Source: a virus
Length of the DNA stretch: 64,000 bases
Reading direction: 5' to 3' (one strand)
Virus record (IMG/VR): IMGVR_UViG_3300042691_010023
Span: 3,917-67,916 of that record
Shown: one piece after another, positions 1-8,379 of the stretch
Numbering within the stretch: the first letter of the stretch is position 1
Layout: every line of letters starts with the position of its first letter
The notes under the pieces: generated by a model
Told to the model about the DNA's origin: nothing
The model's database searches: none
What the model saw: the letters and a program-made list of their open reading frames with translations, nothing else
Position numbers and translations under genes: made by a program

Positions 1-299
1 TAGATAAACAAGTATCTAAATTAGAACAACTGGGCGAAGATGGTAGTAAAACTATGTTAATGTCCATACAAGATCTACGTGTTGGACCGTATACATTGAC
101 TATTATGACTATTGATCGTATAGTAGTATTTACATCAGAAAATCTACGGTTGATACGTAGCTTTGTTAAACATATGTGGTATACAGGATATATTCTACAT
201 AGACGTTTGGATATACGCAAGACACCTCATGCAGTAATGCCTAAGTATTTTATAGCATATGAAATGGTAGGCGAAGAACAGCCGATGTGCGAGAACTAA
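1..299 (+). CDS. hypothetical protein, 5'-truncated by window
   Basis: The frame of ORF 54..299 is open back to position 3 (DKQVSKLEQLGEDGSKT-M...), so the gene probably starts before the window. No recognisable motif. Confidence 0.5.
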   Translation, partial: DKQVSKLEQLGEDGSKTMLMSIQDLRVGPYTLTIMTIDRIVVFTSENLRLIRSFVKHMWYTGYILHRRLDIRKTPHAVMPKYFIAYEMVGEEQPMCEN

Positions 300-400
300 T
301 ACCATTCAAATGTTCTTAATAAGAACGATATACGTAAGATCTATTTTACTGAATATCATAAGACCCGTACAGAATCAAGTTCATTTTTTTTAAAATAAAT

Positions 401-429
401 TTGGATTCGTACGGGTTTTCACTTATCTT
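401..429 (+). promoter_or_regulatory. putative host-RNAP (early) promoter for uvsE
   Basis: TTGGAT-N17-TATCTT, same TTG-N20-TAT geometry as the promoters at 3257, 22481 and 51581. Confidence 0.4.
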
Positions 430-452
430 ATAGTACATATAAAAAATATATT

Positions 453-1502
453 ATGAACGAAAATGTAAGATTAGGTTATGCCTGTGTCAACACGACATTG
501 ACAAGCCGTCCAAAAAAGTTAGGTGGTCGTGTAACTACCTCGCGCGGCGTACGACGAGATTCCTGGTATCATACTTGGGACTTAGCTAAGTTAGGTGACA
601 TTGCATTGCAGAATGCTACGGACCTGCTGCATTATCTTAAATGGAACGAAGAGAATGACATTCGATTGTTCCGTATCGGTTCTGAATTGATCCCATGGGC
701 AGATCATTACGAACTTACCGATCTACCTAACTACGACGCCATTGCTGCTGCATTGCGCGAATGTGGTGACTTTGCTAAGATACATGGTCATCGATTGACT
801 ACACATCCTGGGCAATTTTATATTCTTAGTTCGCCACATGCTGCTGTAGTTGACAAGACTATCATTGGTTTAGAGCGTCATTCCGAGATGTTTGACCTTA
901 TGGGCTTCGAGCCTTCCTTTGAGAACAAGATCAATATTCATATAGGCGGAGCTTACGGCAATCCTGAACGCGCAGCTATGGTATGGTTACGTAACTGGGA
1001 TAGGTTATCGGACAGTTGCAAGGCTCGTCTTGTAGTAGAGAATGATGACAAGGCTAGTATGTACAGTGTCAATATGTTGTATAACTTTATGCACCGTAAT
1101 GTCGGCATACCTATTACATTCGATTATTTTCACCATAAGTTTCATCCCGATGGCTTAAGTGAGTATGATGCATTGATGTTAGCTCGCGAGACATGGCCGT
1201 CGCATATTCGACAAGCTACGCATTGGTCCGAGTCCCGTCGCGAGGAGCAGTTACGTCTTATCGATGCTACCTGCAAGACTAACAATATTGATATGAAAGA
1301 TATAGATTCATGGCCTACCTTATCAGCCATTCACCGTGAGTTTAGTAAGACCAAAGCTACCGCGCATTCCGATTATATTCAAGGCCCTATCGAGACTTAC
1401 GGACTAAATTTAGATATTATGATAGAGGCCAAGGCTAAAGAATTAGCCCTTTTACAGTTCCGTAATATTTATGCATATAAACAACAGGAGGTTTTAGTAT
1501 GA
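453..1502 (+). CDS. uvsE: UV DNA damage endonuclease (UvsE/UVDE family)
   Basis: RLGYAC N-terminus, LFRIGS, RLTTHPGQF, NIHIGG, RLVVENDDK, PITFDYFHH, HWSES, AHSDY, DIMIEAKAKELA: characteristic UVDE TIM-barrel motifs. Confidence 0.95.
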   Translation: MNENVRLGYACVNTTLTSRPKKLGGRVTTSRGVRRDSWYHTWDLAKLGDIALQNATDLLHYLKWNEENDIRLFRIGSELIPWADHYELTDLPNYDAIAAALRECGDFAKIHGHRLTTHPGQFYILSSPHAAVVDKTIIGLERHSEMFDLMGFEPSFENKINIHIGGAYGNPERAAMVWLRNWDRLSDSCKARLVVENDDKASMYSVNMLYNFMHRNVGIPITFDYFHHKFHPDGLSEYDALMLARETWPSHIRQATHWSESRREEQLRLIDATCKTNNIDMKDIDSWPTLSAIHREFSKTKATAHSDYIQGPIETYGLNLDIMIEAKAKELALLQFRNIYAYKQQEVLV

Positions 1503-1669
1503 GAGACAAAGACAATGTGTTACGCAAATTAGATGAAGCTGATGATATGGTTAGGATTCTAGCCGAATTAGCCAATAAAAAAGCTGTTGATACTTCAGAA
1601 GCGGTTCGCCGTCTTTCTGAGATTCACAACCGTATTAAATTTGCAATAGACCGCATTTCTATTAGTTAA
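1499..1669 (+). CDS. small hypothetical protein (56 aa, not in ORF track)
   Basis: ATG overlaps the uvsE stop (ATGA) with GGAGG upstream. Reads MRDKDNVLRKLDEADDMVRILAEL...RISIS* and fills the gap to the next gene. Confidence 0.7.
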   Translation: MRDKDNVLRKLDEADDMVRILAELANKKAVDTSEAVRRLSEIHNRIKFAIDRISIS

Positions 1670-1670
1670 C

Positions 1671-2720
1671 ATGAAAGCTAAACTATTTCCTATCATAATC
1701 GCATTAGCTGCTTTATCAGTATCTTGTTCTGCAGCTTTTTATTCTGTATACGGCTTAGGCAAATTATTTGCTGGTGCTAGTACACAGGTTATGATTATGG
1801 CAGGTAGTTTAGAGTTTGCTAAATTAGTAATCGCATCCGCGTTATATCAGTACTGGGATAGTATCAATAAAATTTTACGTACCTATTTAACAATAGCTAT
1901 TGTAGTATTAATGACTATAACTAGTGCTGGTATATACGGGTTCTTAACTGGGGCATATCAGGAAACATTTGCATCTACTCAGGTTGTTGAACGGCAGATA
2001 GGTCTTATAGAGGCTAGAAAAACTAATTTTCAATCCAGAAAAGATGAATATGTAGCCGAAAAAGAACAGCTTACGAACTCAATAACCCAATTAAGATTAG
2101 CTATCTCTAATCCAGGACAGAGCCAATATATCGACCGTAAAACCGGGCAAGTCATTACAAATACATCTACAGCATCACGTACTTTACTTCAAAATGAAGT
2201 TAGTACGGCTATAAATGAACGTGATCAATTAGATACTAAGATACAAGCATTATCTGATTCAATATCTACTGCGGATATTAACATTATCAACATTCGTAAT
2301 TCTGATTCATCCGTATCTGAATTAGGGCCATTAATGTATCTTTCAAAGTTAGTTGATGTACCTATGGATAGAGTAATCAATTGGTATTTGTTACTTATCA
2401 TATTTGTATTCGACCCGTTAGCTATTACATTGGTAGTTGTAGCTAATCAAGCATTTGATAGACTAAAACCTAAAGTAGTTACTGAAATTGAACAACCTAA
2501 GCCGGTTGAAGATGAATATGAAGATACTTCAGCACAGTGGTATGATTATCCCGACCCTGTCGTAGTTACTCCTACAATCATCGTTAATGAATCTCCAGTA
2601 ACTGAAGTTACATCATCTATAGAACCTAGTGGTTCCGTAGAGCCTGTTATAGAAAATAAACAAGATATTTATCAAGAAAAAACACAATCTCAACGACGTT
2701 CGAGAGCATATTGGACGTAA
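1671..2720 (+). CDS. membrane protein with coiled-coil domain
   Basis: Three N-terminal hydrophobic helices, long heptad region, further TM segment (LLLIIFVFDPLAITLVV), acidic Pro-rich tail. Confidence 0.8.
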   Translation: MKAKLFPIIIALAALSVSCSAAFYSVYGLGKLFAGASTQVMIMAGSLEFAKLVIASALYQYWDSINKILRTYLTIAIVVLMTITSAGIYGFLTGAYQETFASTQVVERQIGLIEARKTNFQSRKDEYVAEKEQLTNSITQLRLAISNPGQSQYIDRKTGQVITNTSTASRTLLQNEVSTAINERDQLDTKIQALSDSISTADINIINIRNSDSSVSELGPLMYLSKLVDVPMDRVINWYLLLIIFVFDPLAITLVVVANQAFDRLKPKVVTEIEQPKPVEDEYEDTSAQWYDYPDPVVVTPTIIVNESPVTEVTSSIEPSGSVEPVIENKQDIYQEKTQSQRRSRAYWT

Positions 2721-2738
2721 ATTTTAAAATTTAATTTT

Positions 2739-3254
2739 ATGGGTAAACAACAATCTGAGAAGCATACATTTGCTTCAAAAATCGTTAACAACAAACGTTA
2801 TATGATCTGCCGTAACAGTGAAGCTGACGGTAAGTATTGGCAAGGTAAACTATGTGACGAATGGTCAAAAGTAGGAATGAATACTACATCAGTACTTTGT
2901 CATAAGTGTAGTGCTCGTATAGCAGGAGATCCGGAAGTAGGAGCTGGATATAAGTCATCTGGTAAACCTCGAGGATGGCAATTCATGAAGGAGTATGTTG
3001 ATGAACAAGGCAATGTTTATCACAAAGGCGTTATACAACCTGCACTTAAAGGTACATTACCAACTACTCAAATTGATTCGGATAACACAAAGAAGCGTTT
3101 AACTAAACAAGAGAAACAAGACCTTCGAGATCAGTTATTACAACAAATTGTATTTGTACGTGGTAATATTAATAAAGCTACTTTAAAGAAAGATATCAAA
3201 GCTAATAAGACTCAATTGCGTAAGTTAGAGCGTCAGGTTAATAAACTAAAATAG
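2739..3254 (+). CDS. hypothetical protein, possible Zn-binding
   Basis: 171-aa ORF with four Cys including CHKC and a basic coiled-coil C-terminus. Confidence 0.7.
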   Translation: MGKQQSEKHTFASKIVNNKRYMICRNSEADGKYWQGKLCDEWSKVGMNTTSVLCHKCSARIAGDPEVGAGYKSSGKPRGWQFMKEYVDEQGNVYHKGVIQPALKGTLPTTQIDSDNTKKRLTKQEKQDLRDQLLQQIVFVRGNINKATLKKDIKANKTQLRKLERQVNKLK

Positions 3255-3256
3255 TT

Positions 3257-3285
3257 TTGACTTTTAGTATAAATGTTATTATAAT
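3257..3285 (+). promoter_or_regulatory. host-RNAP-type promoter upstream of clpP
   Basis: TTGACT-N17-TATAAT near-consensus, 6 nt before the clpP ATG. Confidence 0.7.
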
Positions 3286-3291
3286 TAATGT

Positions 3292-3906
3292 ATGAGTATA
3301 TACGAAGAAAAATCTAATAAACGTCAAATGATAGACGATTCAATTGATTCGCCGTATGAAATTGTTAGTCAACAATTATCAACGCATTTAGATTTACGGG
3401 ATTCAGTAGTTTATCTAAATGATGATATTACTGAAAATACGTTGATTGAATTGATGATACGTGTTCGTGCCATACTTAATAATCGAACCGATAATGATCG
3501 TAAAGATCCTATCAATCTTATCATTAACTCTAACGGAGGTGATGTATATGAAATGTTAGGTATTATTGATTATATCGAGTCATTGTCTGTACCAGTAAAT
3601 ACAATTTGCAGAGGTAGAGCATTTAGTGCTGCTGCTGTAATATTAGCATGCGGTACTGGTATACGTATGGTTAGTAAACGGTCTTGTGTAATGTTCCATG
3701 AATCGATTAGTTTTGCAGATGGCATTAAGGTAAGTGATATGACTGCCTATCTAAACAATCTTAAATCATTAGAGAATGACGTATGTGAGTTGTTAGCTTC
3801 CAAATCTAATAAAAATGCAGATTGGTGGAAACAACAACAGAAAACTGATTTGTTTTTATCGGCAGATCAACTAAAAGAATATAAAATAATTGACGAAATA
3901 ATTTAA
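3292..3906 (+). CDS. clpP: ClpP-family serine protease
   Basis: INLIINSNGGDV, GRAFSAAAVILACG (catalytic Ser), VMFHE (His), TDLFLSA...IIDEI (Asp). Confidence 0.9.
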   Translation: MSIYEEKSNKRQMIDDSIDSPYEIVSQQLSTHLDLRDSVVYLNDDITENTLIELMIRVRAILNNRTDNDRKDPINLIINSNGGDVYEMLGIIDYIESLSVPVNTICRGRAFSAAAVILACGTGIRMVSKRSCVMFHESISFADGIKVSDMTAYLNNLKSLENDVCELLASKSNKNADWWKQQQKTDLFLSADQLKEYKIIDEII

Positions 3907-3910
3907 TACT

Positions 3911-4654
3911 ATGAGTTTAACAGCAGAACAGATACAACAAAATTGGATTGAGTTTCGTAAAAAAGTTAACGAACTATTTCCTACTCGTGCAAAAGAAATA
4001 AATGCCATGTACGATCATTTGGAAGAACGAATGATGATGATGCCAGCGAGTGGCACTGATCACTTTCATAATGCATTTGAAGGTGGCTACATTGATCACG
4101 TGTTACGTGTTATGAATTGTACTGCTAAATTGTATGAGTCGTGGAAAGAAATGGGAGCAGATGTTAGTAACTTTTCATACGAAGAACTAATGTTTGCTGC
4201 TATGCATCATGACTTAGGTAAGGCAGGTTTTCCAGGCGATGGTGAAGAAGTATACATTGTAAATGATTCAGAATGGCACCGTAAGAATCAAGGCAAAATG
4301 TACAAGCATAATTCCAATATTCCATTTACTATGGTACCAGATCTTAGTTTATGGACATTGCAACATTTTGGAATTAAAACTTCTTGGAATGAAACACAAG
4401 GCATACGAATACATGATGGAATGTATGATGATGCTAATAAAGCTTATTTTGTATCTCGTAGTGCCGATTCAAAATTACGTACCAATTTACCGTTGATTTT
4501 GCACCATGCGGATCATATGGCAGCTCGAATTGAATATGAAATGTGGCGCGACAAACGTCCGTCAGCAAAAACAACTATACCTAATACTAACACTAGAAAG
4601 TCAATGTCATCTAATACTACAGCATTTGATATTTCTAAGATTTTTGGAGAATAA
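3911..4654 (+). CDS. HD-domain phosphohydrolase (YhaM-like HD domain)
   Basis: PAS..HFHNAFEGGYIDHVL, HHDLGK, IHDG, LHHADH. Confidence 0.85.
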   Translation: MSLTAEQIQQNWIEFRKKVNELFPTRAKEINAMYDHLEERMMMMPASGTDHFHNAFEGGYIDHVLRVMNCTAKLYESWKEMGADVSNFSYEELMFAAMHHDLGKAGFPGDGEEVYIVNDSEWHRKNQGKMYKHNSNIPFTMVPDLSLWTLQHFGIKTSWNETQGIRIHDGMYDDANKAYFVSRSADSKLRTNLPLILHHADHMAARIEYEMWRDKRPSAKTTIPNTNTRKSMSSNTTAFDISKIFGE

Positions 4655-4656
4655 TT

Positions 4657-4944
4657 ATGACAATAACGTTATTATCGTTATTAGTAGTCGTATTATCAAT
4701 AGCCACTTACATAGTAAGAAATTTACTTAAAAAGATGGAAACACTAGAAGATAATATTGATGAACTTGTAAAAAATATAACAGAGTATGATACGTTTTAT
4801 GAGGAATTGAAACGTCGAGTAAATGAATCAAATTCTAGACTAAAACAAATAGATCGTTTAGGCTCATTTGAAGCTGATGATGAAACAGGTGTAATCTTTA
4901 AGGAACTTAAAGATATTGTAAATGATTTGAATGAAAGGTTTTAA
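4657..4944 (+). CDS. membrane-anchored coiled-coil protein
   Basis: N-terminal TM helix followed by heptads; GGAG upstream. Confidence 0.7.
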   Translation: MTITLLSLLVVVLSIATYIVRNLLKKMETLEDNIDELVKNITEYDTFYEELKRRVNESNSRLKQIDRLGSFEADDETGVIFKELKDIVNDLNERF

Positions 4945-5685
4945 ATGTCGCCAGTAGAACAATTCTATGCTGACTTAGATGTACAGGATACCGTAACAAA
5001 ACGTGGACGTAAAGCTACTAACATGTACTTTACTGCTACAACTGAAAAAGCTATTGTAGCTTATAATAAAGAAACTAATTACGCACTACGTAATAAAATT
5101 TATCGTGAGCATATTGACTATGCATTTAATAAGTTAGTAGAAAATATCTATCATACGTTTAAATTTAGTTATTTCGACGTACCATATGAAGATGTTAAAT
5201 GTGAAGTAGTAGCATTCTTAAACGAGAAAATTGGAAAGTATACAGAAGGTAAAGGTAAAGCCTTTAGTTACTTTGGACGTATTGTTAAGAACTATCTCAT
5301 TATTCAAAACAATGCAAATTATGCTAAGTTGAAACGTCGAGTAGAAACTACGGTTATAGATGATGACCGTAATTTATCATTAGAAATGTCTATATCTTCT
5401 TATCAAGAGTCTTTAAAGGATTTTACAGATCTATGGGTAAATTGGTATGATGAAAACATGGATAATGTATTTACTAACAAACGTGATGTACTGATAGCTG
5501 ATACTATTTTAGAGATATTTCGTATTCGTGATAGTATTGAAAACTTTAATAAGAAGTCTATCTATATCTTAATACGTGAACGTACGGGACTTAAAACTCA
5601 AAATATTACCCGTGTTCTTAATGTGATGCGTAATGACTTTGAGAAGATGTTCACTAATTACCAGAAATCAGGACTAATTCGATAA
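4945..5685 (+). CDS. putative late-transcription sigma factor (T4 gp55-like)
   Basis: Sigma region-2-like segment EDVKCEVVAFLNEKIGKY..GKGKAFSYFGRIVKNYL; lies just before the virion gene block. Confidence 0.65.
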   Translation: MSPVEQFYADLDVQDTVTKRGRKATNMYFTATTEKAIVAYNKETNYALRNKIYREHIDYAFNKLVENIYHTFKFSYFDVPYEDVKCEVVAFLNEKIGKYTEGKGKAFSYFGRIVKNYLIIQNNANYAKLKRRVETTVIDDDRNLSLEMSISSYQESLKDFTDLWVNWYDENMDNVFTNKRDVLIADTILEIFRIRDSIENFNKKSIYILIRERTGLKTQNITRVLNVMRNDFEKMFTNYQKSGLIR

Positions 5686-5690
5686 CATTT

Positions 5691-5698
5691 ATATTTAT
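5691..5698 (+). promoter_or_regulatory. putative late promoter motif ATATTTAT (first of ~14 copies at gene boundaries)
   Basis: Same motif at 7340, 18326, 21992, 26651, 37948, 39655, 39666, 44849, 46794, 54751, 55441, 57859, 60456, 60774, mostly ~13-36 nt upstream of + strand start codons. Confidence 0.75.
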
Positions 5699-5712
5699 AT
5701 AAAAGGTTATCA

Positions 5713-6081
5713 ATGGCATCTACAGATTTTGAGCTGTTCAAAGGTACTACTCTTTCAGATCTGATGAAGGATATTTACCATAATTCAAAGAAAAAATCTA
5801 GACAAATCGACGGTCTAATTCAAGAACTACAGCCATTAGTTAAGAACGTAGGTGATGCTGCAGTGATAGTTCCAATGATTAAAGAGTATTTGGAAGTATC
5901 AGTAAAAAATGACGATGCGTTAGTTAAATTAGCTGCAGTAGTACAACGTTTATTATCGGCTGGTAGTCGTGAAGAAGGCGGTGGCGAGTTTATACTATCA
6001 GATGAAGAACGTAATCGATTGTTACAAGAAGCTGAGGCTGAAATAAAAGCTATTCAGCGTAAGTCGGAGACTGAATGCTAA
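5713..6081 (+). CDS. hypothetical protein
   Basis: 122-aa helical ORF after ATATTTAT and AAGG. Confidence 0.7.
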   Translation: MASTDFELFKGTTLSDLMKDIYHNSKKKSRQIDGLIQELQPLVKNVGDAAVIVPMIKEYLEVSVKNDDALVKLAAVVQRLLSAGSREEGGGEFILSDEERNRLLQEAEAEIKAIQRKSETEC

Positions 6082-7094
6082 CCATTGCGCAAGTTGTTGA
6101 TACGTCTACAGCTTATAAAACTACACAGCATAAAACACAGCCCGATCGCGGAAATTTCCCGTTAGGTACTATAAAATTACGTGGCATATCACGTAATCAA
6201 ACTACGGAAGAATTTTACGCATATCCGGCTATTAATAGTTTATCAATACCTTTATTAGGTGAATTAGTTTTATGCTTTAGATCACTAAGTGATTATGGCA
6301 ATGCTAGCGATTTAGAAAATGCTTGGTTTTATTTAATGCCTGTAAATACGCATGGCAATATGAATCTTAATCCGTTATTAGATTTATATACAGTGCCAGG
6401 CGGCGGCGGCGGAGGTCGATATACTAGTACTGCTGCTCCTAAAAATGTGGAGGTAAATGACTATAAGCCCGGAGAAACGTTTGAAGAAAATACGCAAGTA
6501 AAAAATATACAGCCGTATGAAGGTGATATTTTATTCCATGGCAGATTTGGCCAATCGATCAGATTAGGTTCTACTGTTACTGGTAATTTATCACAATACG
6601 CAGAAAAGTCATGGTGGTCTAACAATACTGCTAAAGGATCTCCTATAACTATTATAAGTAATGGTCATAAAGGCTCAGGCGGCCCTAACAAGTATATAAT
6701 CGAAGACCCGGAAACTACAAAAAGTATTTTTATTCTTAGTTCCGATCAAAAATTAAAATTTACACCGTCACAAAAACAAATCGGTGTAGGCGTTACACCC
6801 GTACCTAATTACACTAAAGCGCAAGCTATTATTTCTTCTGATCGTTTAATACTTAATTCTAAACTAGATGAAATAATCTTATCTGGTAAAAAGACTGTTA
6901 ATGTAGTTACGCCTAAATGGCAAATAGATATGGATAAACTATTTACTATTTTAGAAAAAACGTTACAACAATTAGCAGATTTAACCGCAGGTAAAGCTCA
7001 ATTTCAAACACCTATGGGCGGGCCGACATTAACCGCAACTAATCTAGCGCAGGTACAGCAGTTATTAACAGAATTAAAAACTATGAAACAATAA
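6075..7094 (+). CDS. putative baseplate hub/central spike protein (gp5/VgrG-like)
   Basis: OB-like N-terminus (IPLLGELVLC), GDILFHGRFGQSIRLG, beta-strand-rich C-terminus, upstream of gp25/gp6. Confidence 0.55.
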   Translation: MLTIAQVVDTSTAYKTTQHKTQPDRGNFPLGTIKLRGISRNQTTEEFYAYPAINSLSIPLLGELVLCFRSLSDYGNASDLENAWFYLMPVNTHGNMNLNPLLDLYTVPGGGGGGRYTSTAAPKNVEVNDYKPGETFEENTQVKNIQPYEGDILFHGRFGQSIRLGSTVTGNLSQYAEKSWWSNNTAKGSPITIISNGHKGSGGPNKYIIEDPETTKSIFILSSDQKLKFTPSQKQIGVGVTPVPNYTKAQAIISSDRLILNSKLDEIILSGKKTVNVVTPKWQIDMDKLFTILEKTLQQLADLTAGKAQFQTPMGGPTLTATNLAQVQQLLTELKTMKQ

Positions 7095-7103
7095 AGGATC
7101 CAT

Positions 7104-7337
7104 ATGCCGTTATCAGCAGCACAACCCGCATTAGAAGCTCAAATACTTGCAGCTTTTAAGAAAGCTCAATTATCAAAAAATCCTGAATCTGCTACACAAG
7201 CTTTAGCTAAAGATTTAGCACGTGCGATACATTTATATGCATTACAAGCTACGATCAATCCAGGTCAAGCAGTTGTTGTTGGGACACCCGCAGGGCCAGG
7301 AGCTGGTAGTACAACATCGCCCGGAACTGTATCGTAA
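7104..7337 (+). CDS. small baseplate-associated protein (possible spike tip)
   Basis: 77 aa, AAGGA upstream, Pro/Gly/Thr-rich C-terminus, follows the spike-like gene. Confidence 0.5.
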   Translation: MPLSAAQPALEAQILAAFKKAQLSKNPESATQALAKDLARAIHLYALQATINPGQAVVVGTPAGPGAGSTTSPGTVS

Positions 7338-7360
7338 ACATATTTATTTAAAAGGATATT

Positions 7361-7804
7361 ATGGATACTAAGTCTTTTATAAAGGCATTACGTACTATTA
7401 TACGCGAAGAAGTACAAACAGCTGTACGTAACGAATTACGTAGTTTATTAACAGAACAGCCTAACAAATCATATACTCCTACAGTCACAGAAACAGTAAT
7501 GCATTCTAAAAAACAATCGCAGAAGTCTAAAACTTTTGTCAAGGATCCATTACTTAACGACTTACTAAATGATACTGCATCTAGACCGTTGAATTTATCA
7601 GAAGGTAATATGATGTCATTTACATCTGATATGGCACAAGCTTTTGGAGCTATGCGTAGCAATGAGCCGTCAATTATACCATCACATGACTTAGATGGGC
7701 GGCCGGTAAATGTCGATAATGATAGTGTAGCTACAGTAGTTAATGCAATGAATAAAGATTATTCTGCATTAATGAAAGCTATTGATAAGAAAAAGGGTCG
7801 TTAA
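7361..7804 (+). CDS. hypothetical virion protein with IIREE motif
   Basis: N-terminal LRTIIREEV...LLTE; late motif and SD upstream. Confidence 0.7.
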   Translation: MDTKSFIKALRTIIREEVQTAVRNELRSLLTEQPNKSYTPTVTETVMHSKKQSQKSKTFVKDPLLNDLLNDTASRPLNLSEGNMMSFTSDMAQAFGAMRSNEPSIIPSHDLDGRPVNVDNDSVATVVNAMNKDYSALMKAIDKKKGR

Positions 7805-8379
7805 TGAATAGGGTCATTTATCAATATAAACCATTCATTGATCCTAGTTCGGTAGCTATTGGAGTAAAATTACCTTTTAATCAAACTGGCACTAGTAAAA
7901 ACGATCTATCTAGTACTGTAGGTAATGTGCGAAGTGGATCTTTTCAGACAACGGGTGGTAAGGGTGTATTTTTGTTATCTTATACTACTGAAGAACAGGC
8001 TATTAGTAATCTTACTAACTTATTGCTTACAAGAAAAGGTGAGCGATATATGCAACCAAATTTTGGTACTGATATATACAATAGTATCTTTGAACAAAAT
8101 ACTGATATATTAGCCGATATTTTGAAGTCTAGTTTAGAAGATGATATTAGTTATTGGCTGCCATATATAACGTTAATTAATGTAGATATATTTCGTGATA
8201 CACGTAATGAAAATGCGTTAAATATTCGCATTGTATTTAGAGTTACAAATGTAGGAGCTAATTTAGTAATAAATGTATTAGCTCAGGAAAATACAATAAT
8301 AGTATCTCAAGCTACTCCCGAGATTGACGCTAATCGTCAATTAACAGCTGTTGGAGTGTTTTCATCTAGGAGAATTTAA
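7804..8379 (+). CDS. baseplate wedge subunit (gp25-like)
   Basis: NLLLTRKGERYMQPNFGTDI...WLPYI gp25/GPW signature. Confidence 0.9.
   Translation: MNRVIYQYKPFIDPSSVAIGVKLPFNQTGTSKNDLSSTVGNVRSGSFQTTGGKGVFLLSYTTEEQAISNLTNLLLTRKGERYMQPNFGTDIYNSIFEQNTDILADILKSSLEDDISYWLPYITLINVDIFRDTRNENALNIRIVFRVTNVGANLVINVLAQENTIIVSQATPEIDANRQLTAVGVFSSRRI

Noticed and set aside
297-398. In-frame continuation of 32 codons after the TAA of the first ORF (possible readthrough or pseudogene)
   Set aside because: An open stretch of this length is plausible by chance, and the region is better explained by hairpin and promoter elements.
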